NCBI GenBank assembly: GCA_047495785.1
Contig: JBLDXI010000054.1
Coordinates: forward strand, 2,356,001-2,420,000
Source: Lepidodermella squamata
Lineage: Eukaryota > Animalia > Gastrotricha
DNA: 64,000 nucleotides
Reading direction: 5' to 3'
The notes under the pieces were generated by a model that did no database searches, was not told the origin of the DNA, and saw only the letters and a list, made by a program, of their open reading frames with translations. Every line of letters starts with the position of its first letter. Position 1 is the stretch's first letter. Made by a program: the position numbers and the translations under genes. Positions 1 through 12,633 of this stretch are shown piece after piece.

Positions 1-160
1 AGAAGCCGCGGCTAATCTGCTGTACAAAACTGACGGCGCTCGGTCTGACCCAACGTGGCGCGATATGCTAAAAATGCTTCCTACAAAACTGCTTAAATCT
101 GTGACAAAAATCTACCAAATCGATTTTGAGTTATTCGGCTACAACGCAACATTATTTTGA
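1..160 (+). CDS. 3' end of carbohydrate sulfotransferase (Sulfotransfer_2/CHST-like), partial
   Basis: Frame starting at base 2 reads ...WRDMLKMLPTKLLKSVTKIYQIDFELFGYNATLF*, stop at 158-160. IYxxDFELFGY is the typical CHST8-14 C-terminal motif. Not in the ORF track. Confidence 0.8.
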   Translation, partial: EAAANLLYKTDGARSDPTWRDMLKMLPTKLLKSVTKIYQIDFELFGYNATLF

Positions 161-171
161 AAGGCTATTAT

Positions 172-1462
172 TCAACGAAGTAAATGCTTTCCAAAGTTAT
201 CAATGTCATAGCTGAAAACTTTAGCATCAAAGCCGTATATTCGTTTTATGCTTTTCAGCAGTTGATTTGGAACATTCTTCAGCAGCTCCTTCCAATTTTT
301 TTCATGGCTACGAGTTCGGGGTCCCAAAATTCTACGGATTTTTGCGTGATCATCGGCGCTAATATTGGTTCGCACTGATTTCAGGAATTTTCCGAGAATG
401 TATTGAGTTTCAGGATGCCATTTTTCCACATTTATCACATAATCATATTGAACGTGGCACGGGGCACATTGTAGATCGTAGGTGTACCCTAGCATAAATA
501 TTGGAATGAGTGAAATTCGTACATTTTTGACGGTAAAAACTCACAGTGAACATCTTGCCGCTTGGGGTATTCCACAATGTAACGGAGAAATTCCTCGAAA
601 GTCACTCCTGTTTCGTTTGCTAGATGCCTTTGTGAGCCTTTGCGGTATATTTTTTTTATTTTCGAGCCGACTAACTATGAACGGTAACTTGTGTAACTTT
701 CAGCTTTTCAACGTTGATTAAGCTTTTACCCAATTGTAATATTCATTGTGCCCCGTCAATTTATCATTCCATGCAGACTGAGAAAAACAGAAATATTGAG
801 AGGAAATGAGGGAAATATGTAGCTTATTTATACCACAAGGCGAATTAATGGGTGCCTGACCCAAGCGATTTTCGTGTAATTTGCCAACCGTTGTATTACT
901 CCTTCTTTTTCGTCGTAGAAGTATCTCAAATGTTTAAAAGTGGAGTTGCTCGGCCAAGCCGATGCGTTATGCATCGTCAAGTCAAGGGATGAAAGGCTGG
1001 GAAAAGATGAGTTTGGACCGAGAAAAAGTAAAAGCTGCTTTAGTTCCGATGACGCGACTTTGGGCATTCTAACAAAAAAAATCCATATCTGGTCAGATCG
1101 AGAATTTCGACTCACATGCAAAAAAGTAGCTTGTTCGCATCGTCCACGAAGATGGAGCTTTTGGGGCTTTCCTTTGACGTTATCTTGCGGTAAGCAATTT
1201 GATTCAATTCTGTCGGATTAACAGGAATCTGATAATGAATAGAGCATTGTTTTCTCGAGTTGATTGAGCGTTGTTTGAAAGATTCCTCCAATTTCTCAGA
1301 CGCTGAGTTGGCAAAGTTACCGAATAATGGCTGAGCTTTGCTATCGCCGGGAGCCTTGCTGAAGTCGAAAGTGTAAGTTACCCCATGGAGTACAATAAGT
1401 CCAGATAGTAAACTAGCTATCCAAAAGACTTTTCGAAAATCTGCGCTAGTAAACGCACACAT
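172..1462 (-). CDS. Carbohydrate sulfotransferase (Sulfotransfer_2/CHST-like), 5 exons
   Basis: Exons 1462-1116, 1068-834, 777-730, 674-545, 488-172, joined by GT-AG introns of 47, 56, 55 and 56 nt. The spliced protein has an N-terminal TM anchor, VDDANKLLFCIMPKVASS (5'-PSB), WVRHPLIRLVSAWNDKL (3'-PB), VTFEEFLRYI, DVHW..CAPCHVQYDY and IYGFDAKVFSY. Start ATG 1462 is inferred. Confidence 0.9.
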
Positions 1463-1915
1463 TAAGCTGTCAAAATGGCCGAAATGTTTAGGTTTGTTGT
1501 TGTGCACGTGCGTTGTGTTCGGAGTCACGACCAAGCCACTACTACGCACTATGCTGCGGTAAGCGTGACCACTGTTAGAGCCATCTCGCGAATGCTAGTG
1601 TATTCGGTTCATTCTTCGTGGCTCTGCCCCAAATGCTACAAGTGCCACAAAGTGCTGAGTTTGACTGCGGGTGAAAGCCGTACGGTCACTCCCGCATCTT
1701 TTTATTTCGACCATTTCGACCATCTGAGGCCTTAAAGGATTACGAGTTGCGATGATAGAAGATAGGAAATATCCCAAGGCTTATAGTTTGTTCAGCAATT
1801 TCCAAATGCGATTACATTTTTCATTTTTGAGATGAGCCCCTTTCCCGTAACACGTTACATTTCGTTTCAATTTAAATGGAATGGAAAGACAAATCTTCCA
1901 TAAATTTGTTACCCA

Positions 1916-1943
1916 ATTTATTTATTTATTTATTTATTTATTT
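1916..1943. repeat. (ATTT)n microsatellite
   Basis: About 7 tandem ATTT units visible. Confidence 0.8.
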
Positions 1944-2182
1944 CTTAATATAAATCTCTGTAGAAAATCACATCAATATAATAATTTGCATCTGGAATGA
2001 GGGGAAAATAAGAAGTGTTATGTATATATTCAAAGTAGCAGTACACCGCGATGCAGAGCATAGCACATCTTGCAGCTGGGATTCGTAGTCTTTGCTGGGT
2101 CAGATGATGTTTGATTTCACGCGAAAGGCATCTATTTCAAAACCGGTTTGAGCCATGGCAATTTGTCAGCCACCTTTCATCC

Positions 2183-3790
2183 CTACCATGGGTTGAAATC
2201 GAAGCCTCTGTACATAATTCGAGAGTTCCAATCTGTCGCCGTCAGCTTCACTCTCTCAACTATGTTCGGCTGATTTCGCCAGTAAGCATCCTGTCGTTCT
2301 TTCGGAACGTTCCAACCCGGGCCGTAGTGCGCCTCTAAATAGCCTTCAGGGTGGCAAGGTACGAGGTAAAGATCGCCGAGAAAAATGGCTGAACAGAGGG
2401 TTAGATCGCTCGGAAGTTCATAATGCAAAATCGCGTATTCCCAACTGACGAATCCTTGCACGTAATTGTACTTGACCTGAGGCTTCATATACAGGATGAA
2501 TATATCGATGCCAACTATTGGACCCACTCCGCCGAGTTGGATGTCGAATCTAACCTCAACACCATACTCCAAATCACCGAAAACTCGAGATGACATCATT
2601 TTCAGCGTCGAGTTCGATGGCGGATGGTGGTATTCTTCCTTAATTGGGAGGTAATTTTCATAAACGGTCTGGAAATTAATAAAAAATGACCGATAATAAG
2701 TTGTGGATGTAAGGTTTACCTTGACTATGTTTTCGTAAAAACTTTGATTCATTGCATAGCTCGGCAAGCTGAAGTCGATATCAACATCCGTCCAAACAAC
2801 AGAACAATTCCGGTACCAGCCAAGCATTGTCCCACCCTCGAGCGATAGAGGCATACCCGCAGATTCGTATAATTCATGAACACCCCAGGCATAAGGTGCG
2901 CCGAGGTCTGGCGTGTCCCCAACTAGAAACACATCCTCTGGTTTTTCGATCAGGGTGCCATTCTGACCGGGTTGCTTCTTCAAACAAGGCACAAATCGAC
3001 TGTGCCGTAGTGCATTGTAGGCGATTTTTGATAGGCTCGCCGCTGTCTCCACATTTTGGACATTCAAATTTTTCAGGAGTGACTTTTCGCTGAAAATTGA
3101 CGAGCAAATGCATGGTGGGCATTTGTTTGTCTTGAAAGCCGCTGGGTCCGTAAAATTGAAAGAATCTTTAGGCAGGCCGTAGCAGAAGTGGTATTTCTTA
3201 TAATTTGGCGGCGAGATTGAAAATAATTGAGCAATTAATAGAGATGTCCCGTTTTGAAAATTCACGTATAAATGCGTAAACGAGGTGTCGTAGCTTCGAT
3301 TTGAAGTCATCCTCTCGCAAATACTGCTCTCGGTTCCATTTTCACCGCGATAGCACATCAAAACCGTCAATTTTGGCGACGAAATTTGCTGGAGGAGGTT
3401 GTCAAGGAAGTAAAGCCCGAACTCGCTGTTGATCACAATTCCATAAGTCAAAAAATCTCGATCGTTCGAAAAGATCGAAGAGCCGTTCCAAGCTTCAGTT
3501 AACGAGGCCACTCCTAGGCTTATCAGGCCCAATTTAGCCGGGTTAAATTTGACGTAATATGGCGGTGTTGTTTGCTTAGTGACTACTGGCAATTCTGGAA
3601 ATTCCGTTGTGAATGATTTTACATCTGCTTTAGCCGGCTCTTGATTGACGGCTTTGATAATCGAAGTCGATATTTCTTCCGGGCTGATTTTGAATATGTA
3701 AAAGTAGGTCACAAAACCGACGAGAAGAACGGCAACCAGCATCGAAGAGTAAGCGCGCCATGTTAAAGATTTCGCCAGGTGGAATGACAT
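2183..3790 (-). CDS. LicD/fukutin-family phosphotransferase paralog 1 (type II membrane), 2 exons
   Basis: N-terminal TM; LEGGTMLGWYRNCSVVWTDVDIDF (LicD GGTLLG..R..DxD motif); GIDIF; LVPCHPEGYLEAHYGPGWNVP. A stop-free 51-nt intron at 2669-2719 (GTAAAC...TTTCCAG) lies at the same position as the paralog introns. Confidence 0.9.
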   Translation of the reverse strand: MSFHLAKSLTWRAYSSMLVAVLLVGFVTYFYIFKISPEEISTSIIKAVNQEPAKADVKSFTTEFPELPVVTKQTTPPYYVKFNPAKLGLISLGVASLTEAWNGSSIFSNDRDFLTYGIVINSEFGLYFLDNLLQQISSPKLTVLMCYRGENGTESSICERMTSNRSYDTSFTHLYVNFQNGTSLLIAQLFSISPPNYKKYHFCYGLPKDSFNFTDPAAFKTNKCPPCICSSIFSEKSLLKNLNVQNVETAASLSKIAYNALRHSRFVPCLKKQPGQNGTLIEKPEDVFLVGDTPDLGAPYAWGVHELYESAGMPLSLEGGTMLGWYRNCSVVWTDVDIDFSLPSYAMNQSFYENIVKVNLTSTTYYRSFFINFQTVYENYLPIKEEYHHPPSNSTLKMMSSRVFGDLEYGVEVRFDIQLGGVGPIVGIDIFILYMKPQVKYNYVQGFVSWEYAILHYELPSDLTLCSAIFLGDLYLVPCHPEGYLEAHYGPGWNVPKERQDAYWRNQPNIVERVKLTATDWNSRIMYRGFDFNPW

Positions 3791-4673
3791 GAGATTCCTG
3801 CCTGATATTGTTTAGGAAAATTTGTTAAAAACTCATTTTTCTATATAATTCGCGAAACATTGACTAAGGCACCGCCAAAACTCTCTTCATAAAACGTTAT
3901 TTCAACAAAAACTGTATTGAGATAACAATAACGCTCAGCGTATTTTAAGACATTTTTCTACCTCTGCGATACATTTTACGGTGCTCGGGGGACTAACAAA
4001 AGTGAATTTTCAAGCTTTTTGACAATGGCTGCTGTAATGCAGTGAAAGCAGGTCGAGCATTATACAGCAGTGAATGCTGCGTTTTTAGCCGCGTAATAAC
4101 AAGAGCAGTGAAGATTACATGCAATTTTGTTTTTAACCGCCATATGCTAAGGCGCCGTGGGTTTTTTGAATGTCGTCAAATTATATACCCAAAACGCCAA
4201 TGTAATAAATACTCTAATACCTGCTCCACAGCGCGCGCGCACACACAATGACACCGTTGGCGGTGTTCTCCACGCGCTCGTGATTAATATGCCTTGAGAA
4301 GCGCGCGCTGTCTGAAATTCAACGTAATCAGATCCCGCCGGATGTCGGATTATAACTACCGTTTGCATGTTGCATTCCCGCAGTAATTGGCTTGTCGCTT
4401 ATTGCGTATGCTATAATAGGGGTCTTTGAACATGCGTTAGAGGAGTTTTTCTATGAAATACTGAACAAAGTGTCTGACCACGATTCGAAGTTCGTCTTAG
4501 AAATAGCCAAAAAACCAGTGCAATAGGACTCAGTATGGAGACTTGCGACTCAAAGCAAACACTTCTCATTAGATTGGAGGTAATTTAAATCTACCTTTAG
4601 GCTGTTTGTCACACTGATTTTCTTTCGTAAACATGATTTTTTATTCAAAATAATATTAAATATAAAAATGTGA

Positions 4674-7210
4674 CTATTCAAATGAGCGGAACATGATGCG
4701 TTTCACCCAATCAGAATAAGGCATAGCAATTCGTTTGATGATATTCGGCTGATTATACCAGTAACCGTCCTTCCTCGTCGCTGGAACTCGCCAATCGGCA
4801 CCGTAATGGCTCTGGATGTACGCCCCAGGGTTGCATGGGACCAGGAATAATTGGCCCAAGAAAAAAGCCGAGCACTGCGCAGTGCCATTGCGTGGAATTT
4901 CGTAATGTAACAAAAATTTTGCATGGTCATAAAATCCGAGAATGTAACTGTAGTTGACGCGCTGAAGGCTTCTAGATCGTTCGTCGTTTATGAAGAACGG
5001 AAAGACATCGATACCCGTGGTCTGCTTTTTTGGATCATTTTCACGGTGAACGTCAAAGCGAACCTCGACACCTGATGTGAGATCGCCGAAAATTCTTGCG
5101 ACCTTCATCACAAGAGATGACTCAGCATTGTTGATTGGCACCACGCGATATCTCATAGCTAATCGCTCCTGATATGCAACCTAAAGATTACAGAAAAAAT
5201 GTAGAAATTATTGAAGTGTGTCCAGAAATTTTTCAATCATTAAGAAATTGTAACATCACGTGGAATAAGAAAAATTAGACTAATGCAATTACTGCGCAAC
5301 TTGACGTCTATGAATGAACGAGCGGAAGCATGGCTGATTGCTATAGCTGTCATTTAAAAGCTGCTCCGACATGACGACTTACTGCCGAAGACCTAAGTCC
5401 GTTCAAATGAGCTTCAAGTCCTGTTAATCTGTTCCAATCAATTATGCTCGATCATGTGCAACCAGGTTGCAGGGGCGGGCTGTCACAAGTAATTCGAATC
5501 ATACTGAGAAAACGCCCGATAAATAGACGCAAATCTAACTGTTCTTATCACTTCACTACATTCGATCTTTCCAACTGTTTTGACCGATTTAAATCTCTAG
5601 AAATCATGTACGGAATCAGCTTTGCTGCACTCATCACGTTCTGCGTTTTTGCGCTCAACAATGGTTTCCCGATTCGCAAGGCGAAGGATGCTTACGGTGA
5701 GAACATTGTTCCTATCTACGTGATCAGCCAGAACCTGCATGGACCTGCTAAGCCGATTGAGTTGGTAGCCAATGGGTCGTCGAACGGCCCGAAAGTTGTA
5801 CTGCAGCAAAGCACTGCCCAAGTTCGAGCGCAGAAGCGATTCGCGCCCATGGATGATATGAACCCTTTACTCGCTACTTCGAATCAACTATTCGCTCCTG
5901 TTGGTGAGCAGGAAATGTTTGCCTCGCCGTTGGGAACAACTGGGTTCAAGCTGGCCTACCTTCATGGCGACATGGCTCCCTTGCAATCAAACGCGATGTT
6001 CCGCGAATAGCTTTACAAAAGCAACATGCTGTCATACTAGAGACAATCAATGAATCTTTTATCAAATATTCTGAAACCACACTACCCTCCTATAAGTCTT
6101 TAATATCATTGATTACAAATCACAAATAGGAAACAGGTTTTCTACAGTTTAAATCTAATCTAAGATAGTAAATACATTTTTCGAATAAAATTCCACCTTA
6201 ACAGCGTATATTTCTGTTACCTTGACTAAATTTGAGTAGAAAGACTTGTTTAAGGCCCAGCTTGGCACAGCTAGGTCCATATCGATATCACCAGGGATAA
6301 TTGAGCAGTTACGGTACCAACCCAACAGGGTACCGCCCTCCAAGCTCACCACCATTCCGTTCTGTTCGAAAAGCTCCCGAACTGCCCATGCATGGTCGGC
6401 AGCAAATGATGGCGTCTCCCCGTTCACGAAAACATCTCTCGGCCGTTGGATCGCATTTGGTTGTTGAAGTGGCGTGCAAGGAATGAAACGGCTATGCTTA
6501 TATAACTCATTCGCTGTTTTTGCACGCCACGACAGGCCGGCCTCGTCCAGTCGAAGTAGATCAGCTGATTTCCGAATACCTTTCAAGCCGGAGTTTCGAG
6601 ACAGAGTCCTACCCGAGAAAATTGATGCGCAAAGGCAGGGAGGGCAAGTTTCGGAGCTCAGAGTTTTTAACAGGAAGAAACGATCTGGAAGCCCGTAGCA
6701 AAAATAAAACCGCCTTAAAGAATTGCCAACGGAATGCAGTCTTGCGATGAGAATTGTCTGATTCGTCAGTGGAAGTTTTACGTAAATATGGCTCAGCCTA
6801 TCAATCCGAGAAGGTGCTTTCAGAATTCTAAGGCACGAGTTGCCTGAAAGCCCCTTTCCATCTTGCTTATAGCACAGAACGATTTCAGGGTTGAGATTGG
6901 TGTCAAGCAATGCAATTCGGCTGAATTCATCCAGCAAGGAGTTGTCATCCGGGACTCCGATAATCAAAAAATCGCGATCTTCGCCAAAAATCGTGGCGTT
7001 TGCCCATTCTCTGCTGATTGACGGTTTACCCAGGATGAAGACAGAACTTTTCGAATCCGAAATATTTGTGTAAGGAATTTCGTGAATGGAGATTACTGGC
7101 GTCTCGTGACACAATATTGGAAGGTTGATTTGCGAGCAAAGGAAGTAAAAAATCGCGGTTATGTTGATGGCGACCAGGCCCCAAAAAAGGCGCCTCGATT
7201 TGAATACCAT
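4674..7210 (-). CDS. LicD/fukutin-family phosphotransferase paralog 2, 2 exons
   Basis: Exons 7210-6221 and 5180-4674 join in frame (NLVK|VAYQERLAMRY). Motifs LEGGTLLGWYRNCSIIPGDIDMDL and LVPCNPGAYIQSHYGADWRVP. Intron 5181-6220. Confidence 0.9.
5606..6010 (+). CDS. Small secreted protein/possible peptide precursor nested antisense in the LicD-2 intron
   Basis: 134-aa ORF MYGISFAALITFCVFALNNG... with a signal-peptide-like start and RK/KR dibasic sites. ATG is preceded by TCTCTAG-AAATC. Composition is coding-like within an otherwise AT-rich intron. Confidence 0.6.
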   Translation: MYGISFAALITFCVFALNNGFPIRKAKDAYGENIVPIYVISQNLHGPAKPIELVANGSSNGPKVVLQQSTAQVRAQKRFAPMDDMNPLLATSNQLFAPVGEQEMFASPLGTTGFKLAYLHGDMAPLQSNAMFRE

Positions 7211-8694
7211 GCGATATGCTCATCTATCCATAAATGAAAAATCTATGATAGGTAAACAAAGGTAAGCATGCATTTTTACTAGAAGATTGTTGTTCCTCTC
7301 ATTCAGGTAAAAAGCGAGCATAATCGTAAAACTGCTGGCAGCAGCAAACATCCGATGAAACTACTGGCAGGAAATTATGCCTCATTATTTCAAATCCGAG
7401 CCGAGTAATAAACGCGTCATTACCTCCTAGGTACTCAAGTCAAGAGCCAAAGTAGGGTATTTTGGAGAGCTGCTATAATAATAACAACAAAATAATGCTA
7501 TTTTTAGATTATTAGAAATGTAGTAAACGGCAATTTCATGCTCAAGGCATTAGTGGCGGAAGAGTTTTCAGTTCCTGTTCTTACGATTTTATAGCGATTA
7601 TATCTTATAGATAAAACTATAATTTTACTGAAAAATTATTTGAAAAAAAAAGAATTTTTATGAGGGATTTGGAATTATAATATAAACGTTATATTATGGT
7701 AAAATACGGGGGCAAAGATAGGTATCTTTTAGGTAGCTGACGGCTCATGATTGCCAGCTGAGAAAATAAAGTAAATTATTTGCCGGAGAACGTGAATTGT
7801 TGCGCACGAATAAATGCTAATTAATTCATAGAGGAACGATATAGAATATAACAGCATCTTTACATCTTATATACCGAACTCCAAAACCGGTTTTTTTTTA
7901 ATTAAAATGTGCTACGCGATAGAGGCAAAACAGCTGCGGGCTATAAAATTGGGATGAGTAATTTTATTAGCCAAGAAATCATTTTCGGAATGGCTGCTCG
8001 TACATATTTTTGCTAGTCGTACATATATATTTCTAAAATATTTCTGTTGAACTTTACAATTATATCGATTAATCAATTTTGATCGCACATGTTCCAAATT
8101 TTAACCATATGTGCATCGAGGCGTGACCAGCCTCCCATCAAAGTTTGGCATGTGAATACCCATTATTAGCCACCCTGAAACATGAAATTACCCGAAGTCG
8201 GTAATGTCAGGAACCATAACCAATGGGCGGGTTTGCAGGTTTGTAGAACCCTGTTAAAGGCATTTGCCGTAAAAAAATAAACTAGCCAGGATTGAAATTG
8301 AGTAATTGGCTGAAATTCTAAATTTTCATTCGAATATATGTACGAGCAGCAAAAATCGCGTACATATATATGCACGAGCAGAGTCATGAAAGTCAGAGAG
8401 TACTATATGTCGAGCAAAGTAAAATAATTTTTTAAATTTATTTATAGAAAATTTTGTTAACTTTAAAATAATGATTTTATTTCGTGTTTAAAGAAAACTC
8501 AGTAATGAAGAAATAGGATGCGAAACTGGTTCAAAGGTAAACATTCGCTATGTATTGGTCACCTTTCCGGCCTTTGTTATAGCGACAAAGGAGAGGTATA
8601 CTGCGTTCTCCACTTAAAGCACGCCAGGATGTAATAATTAGCGTGATAGACCGAAAGGGGCGGCTTACTCTGTTCGATTCACAGATATATACTA

Positions 8695-8839
8695 CACTGT
8701 AATAAATTGGGTGTTTACCCTTTTTCAATTTTTTGAGGGGTAAATGCTCTCACCTATTCCTTTGTGGTAATTCACTCCAGGTTAAATTTAGGGTAAATAC
8801 CCTTGGGTGGTAATTGACTGTGGCAATTGTTTTACAGTG
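8695..8839. mobile_element. CACTA/EnSpm-like MITE
   Basis: Termini CACTGTAATAAATTG and CAATTGTTTTACAGTG, flanked by TA on both sides, with internal short repeats GGGTAAAT and GTGGTAATT. Confidence 0.6.
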
Positions 8840-9145
8840 TAAACAATATTTTAAATAATTTGTCTCTCGTTACTTGATACAGCGTCCGGAGATGCTGCTG
8901 CATTTGAAGCCGAACTCGACAGATAGAGAGCGGATCGATATAAATTTGATAATGAAATACCTTGAATCGCGCGTCTCCTCATTTACTAGCGCGTCCCACT
9001 AGAGATTAATGCAATGACGTGAGAGCAGCGGCGGATCAAAAGATAATGAGGCTAAATAACAGCTAAAATTCTCAGATTATTACTAATTTCGGATTGCCCA
9101 AATATAAATCGCAATTTTTTGAAACTAGGTCACAAAATAAATTAA

Positions 9146-9583
9146 CCCTATCACGTCGGAATTTTTTTCAGCCAAGCAAAAAAATCGAATTTTTTAAATT
9201 TCCAGCAAGTTAAGGAAGGAATCGGAAAATCAGCAACCACATGCTATTATAAGGCCTGATGCGCATATTTCCCATCAGTTACTGATTTCACTGACATTTT
9301 CAATCCCGCTATTTTTTCAAATATAGATTCATCCGGATGAATTCATAGAAATCGTCAGCCAGGCTATTGTGCTATCAGTTTTTCATGGAATTTCGTAAAA
9401 ACAAAATGGGTAGTCAATTAGACCCTGTCGGACACGCCTGTGAAGTCAGATAGACCAGGAAAAATACCCAAGACATCGTTTTACTCGATTGAAAAAAAAT
9501 AAGAAAAACGTGCATCGGTTTGAAATTTTAAAGTTGATCGTATTCCAAGAGGGAAAGAGATCGTCCTTCCCGCCGTGAAAGGG
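9146..9583. mobile_element. piggyBac-like MITE (438 bp)
   Basis: TTAA at 9142-9145 and 9584-9587. Left TIR CCCTATCACGTCGG; right TIR reverse complement CCCTTTCACGGCGG. Confidence 0.75.
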
Positions 9584-9889
9584 TTAAAATAAATAACGCT
9601 AAAAAATACTGATTTTATTTTCACATCTCTTTCTCCGGTCATCACATCAAATATTGACTCACATTTTGAAAAAATTGTGCTCTCATTTCATTACTAATAT
9701 CGCATTTTGCAAACGCGGAGAAAAACCAAACAAAAAAACAGGAAAATTAATTATAGGACACTGGAAAAACGAACAAACAAGTAGTTATATAAGCACCGAT
9801 TTTTGCTAGTTCCTATATATACAATTTTTCCAGTATTCGATATATTTTGAAATTCATCCAAGGCACATATGGCTGAAAGGCGGTTTATT

Positions 9890-12633
9890 TCACTTCCACG
9901 GCTCGTATTCAAAGCCCTGGTACATGATGCGTGACGACCAATCTGCAGCTGTTAAAACAACGCGCCTGACGATATTCGGCTGATTGCGCCAGTAGCCGTC
10001 TTGCCGGTCTTGCGGCGTGTTCCACCCGCGGCCGTAGTGCGCGATTAAATACGACTCGGGGTCGCATGGCACGAGGTAGATGTCGCCGAGGAAAATCGTC
10101 GAGCAGAGCGTGAGATTTTTCGGCAGTTCGTAGTGCAGCATAGCGTGCTCCCAGGTGACAAAGCCTTGTACGAAGTTGTAGTCGACGCCGGGCTTGGCAA
10201 TGTACAGGATGAATACGTCGATGCCGACGGTTTTCGACTTGTTGCGGCGAACGTCGAAGCGCACCTCGACGCCGTAGTCCAAATCGCCGAATACGCGCGT
10301 TGATTTCAGTTCGAGGTTTGAATTCGATGGCGCGTGAACGTATTGCTTTCGAAGAGATTTCTTTTCCTTATACGACATCTGGCAAATAAAAATAAAATAA
10401 AAATAAAAATCCACTTTAATATTTTCTTAAATAAAGCATAAAATATTGCAGGTTCTATAAATTTCACAAATTCGCGCTAAATTTATGTAATAAAATATTG
10501 TGGTAAATCTTCATCGAGCTCCAAATCGTTATTTGAAGGGATAGCGAAAATTTGAAGGGATAGCAATATCGATAACTGCGAAAATTCGAGCGAAAATTAA
10601 GGCGTTTCTCATAGCAAAGGTGAAAAACCCAAAAAATTTTCTAAATTTGAATTTTAAAATTTTAAAATTTCTGAATTTTCCAAATTCACTAAATTTTCTT
10701 GTATTTGCATTTTGCATTATAATGTTCCACAATGATTTACCCTGAGCTTCTGATTTTTTTTATACCTGGTAGCATCTTCAAGGTAAAAGAATTTTCAATG
10801 TTAGCTTCGATAGCTTCGATGAAAAAATCACTGATTTTTAAAATCGATATCGATACTTGGCAGGCCGCAGTATATCTCAACTGCCCGCTCATAGCGCAAA
10901 ATACGCGTAAAAGCAATATTTATCGGTTACACCCATATGCCGTTATAATAAAAAAGACTCTATAGGGAGATTCTAAGGAAGACTGGAACCTCGAAAAACC
11001 AGAGAATTTCGGAGAAATCTAGTGCTGGATGGAACCATACATTTAGGGTTTCTACTTGGCACGCCCATTGAAGCTCGATTTAGCGGGAGCAGAGTCCAAA
11101 AGGACATACCGTATTTTTTCCAATAGTAGCCCATCCACTAATAATAGCCCATCAGTAATAGTAGCCCAGGGTTAAGGACTCAAGTCGGTTCGAAAACATC
11201 AAAAATGAAAGATTCGGCGAAAATTATTTTTTGAAATTTTCGAAATTTTTAGGTTGAAATTTTAGTAGCCGGGCTGCTATAGGAACAAATAAGGTATTGG
11301 GAAATATGTTCTTTGAAATAAATTAAATGAAGCGGAAAATTATAGCTGCAAAATTGTGTGCTACACATGTACTTCTTTTTGGCCTTTCAGGTAATGGCAT
11401 TTCAGGTATCAATTTTGGTGCTCAAATTGTATCGATTTTAGCATGAATTTGGATGAATTTCAGGATCATCATCCAAAAAAATTCAAAATCAGAATAAAAA
11501 TCGCTAAGAAATTGGTCCAACTTTGATAGCCTAGAATTAGTTATTCGAACTGCTAATTAAAATTTAGTAATATTCACCCTAATTAAATCTTCATAAAATC
11601 GTTGATTGATCGCGAAACTCGGCAGGCTGAAATCGACATCAACGTCGTTCCAGATGACTGAGCAGTTGCGATACCAGCCAAGCAGCGTACCACCCTCCAG
11701 CGACAACGGCATTTCAGCCGATTCAAACAGCTCGCGAACCGCCCAGGAGTTCGGAGCGCCCAAGTCAGGCGAATCGCCGACGAGAAATACATCCCTAGGC
11801 CGCTGAACAGCGCCCTCCTCCTGCATTTTTAGGCATGGAATAAAACGGCTGTGCCTTAGACGCCGGTTCGCAAAATCTGACAGCCCATCGTTTGATGCAT
11901 ATATCGACGGTAAATTGAGATTTTTCGACAAAAATCTACCGCTGAATACTGACTCGCAAAGACAGGGCGGGCAGTCGTTATTACTCCAAGCAGCAGAATT
12001 AGTTAAATTGACGACATCCCGCGGCAATCCGTAGCAAAAATAGTAGTGATTATGCCGGTCAGGGGAGACAAGAAAAATTTGGGAAACCAGCAATGACGAG
12101 CCGTTATTATAGCTGATAAACAGGTGGCTGAAAGATGATTCGTTGAAAAATTTCGTCGAAACATTGTTGCGGCAAAACGCGCTTTGAAGGCCGCCGTTTT
12201 TACGGCTAGGATAACACGCGTATACAACAACGATTTTGCTTTCATTAATTGCTTGGAAAATCGATTCTAAGAATAACTTCCCATTTTGGCTGGTCGGGAC
12301 GATTCCGATTGTTGTGAAATGTTGATTGCCACCGAATATTGTAGACCCGTTCCAGGCTGGTAAAAGTGACGGCTTGCCTAAAGCGACTAAACCCAACCCG
12401 TCACGCCTGATTGATTTCCGCTTGTCATTCGCCGAATCTTCACTAACTTCGGCCGAAGACGAAAATGACAGGAGTGAATACCACGAAGTCGATTCGGAAA
12501 TGATGCTGATACCAGTGCTAGGATGGTCTTGGATTTGGTAGCTGACGAAATAACTCAGTAGGGTGAATAATAGGACGAAGATGATAACGGGGAGATAGGC
12601 GCGCCATTTCGGTGAAGCTAGGCCACTCGCCAT
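9890..12633 (-). CDS. LicD/fukutin-family phosphotransferase paralog 3, 2 exons
   Basis: Exons 12633-11578 and 10378-9890 (DLIR|MSYKEK). Motif LEGGTLLGWYRNCSVIWNDVDVDF; C-terminal half closely similar to paralog 1. Intron 10379-11577. Confidence 0.9.
11109..11294. mobile_element. Tc1/mariner (Tc2-like, CCGTA-ended) MITE, copy 1
   Basis: TA target duplications. TIRs CCGTATTTTTTCCAATAGTAGCCC and reverse complement CCTTATTTGTTCCTATAGCAGCCC. Lies in the LicD-3 intron. Confidence 0.75.
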
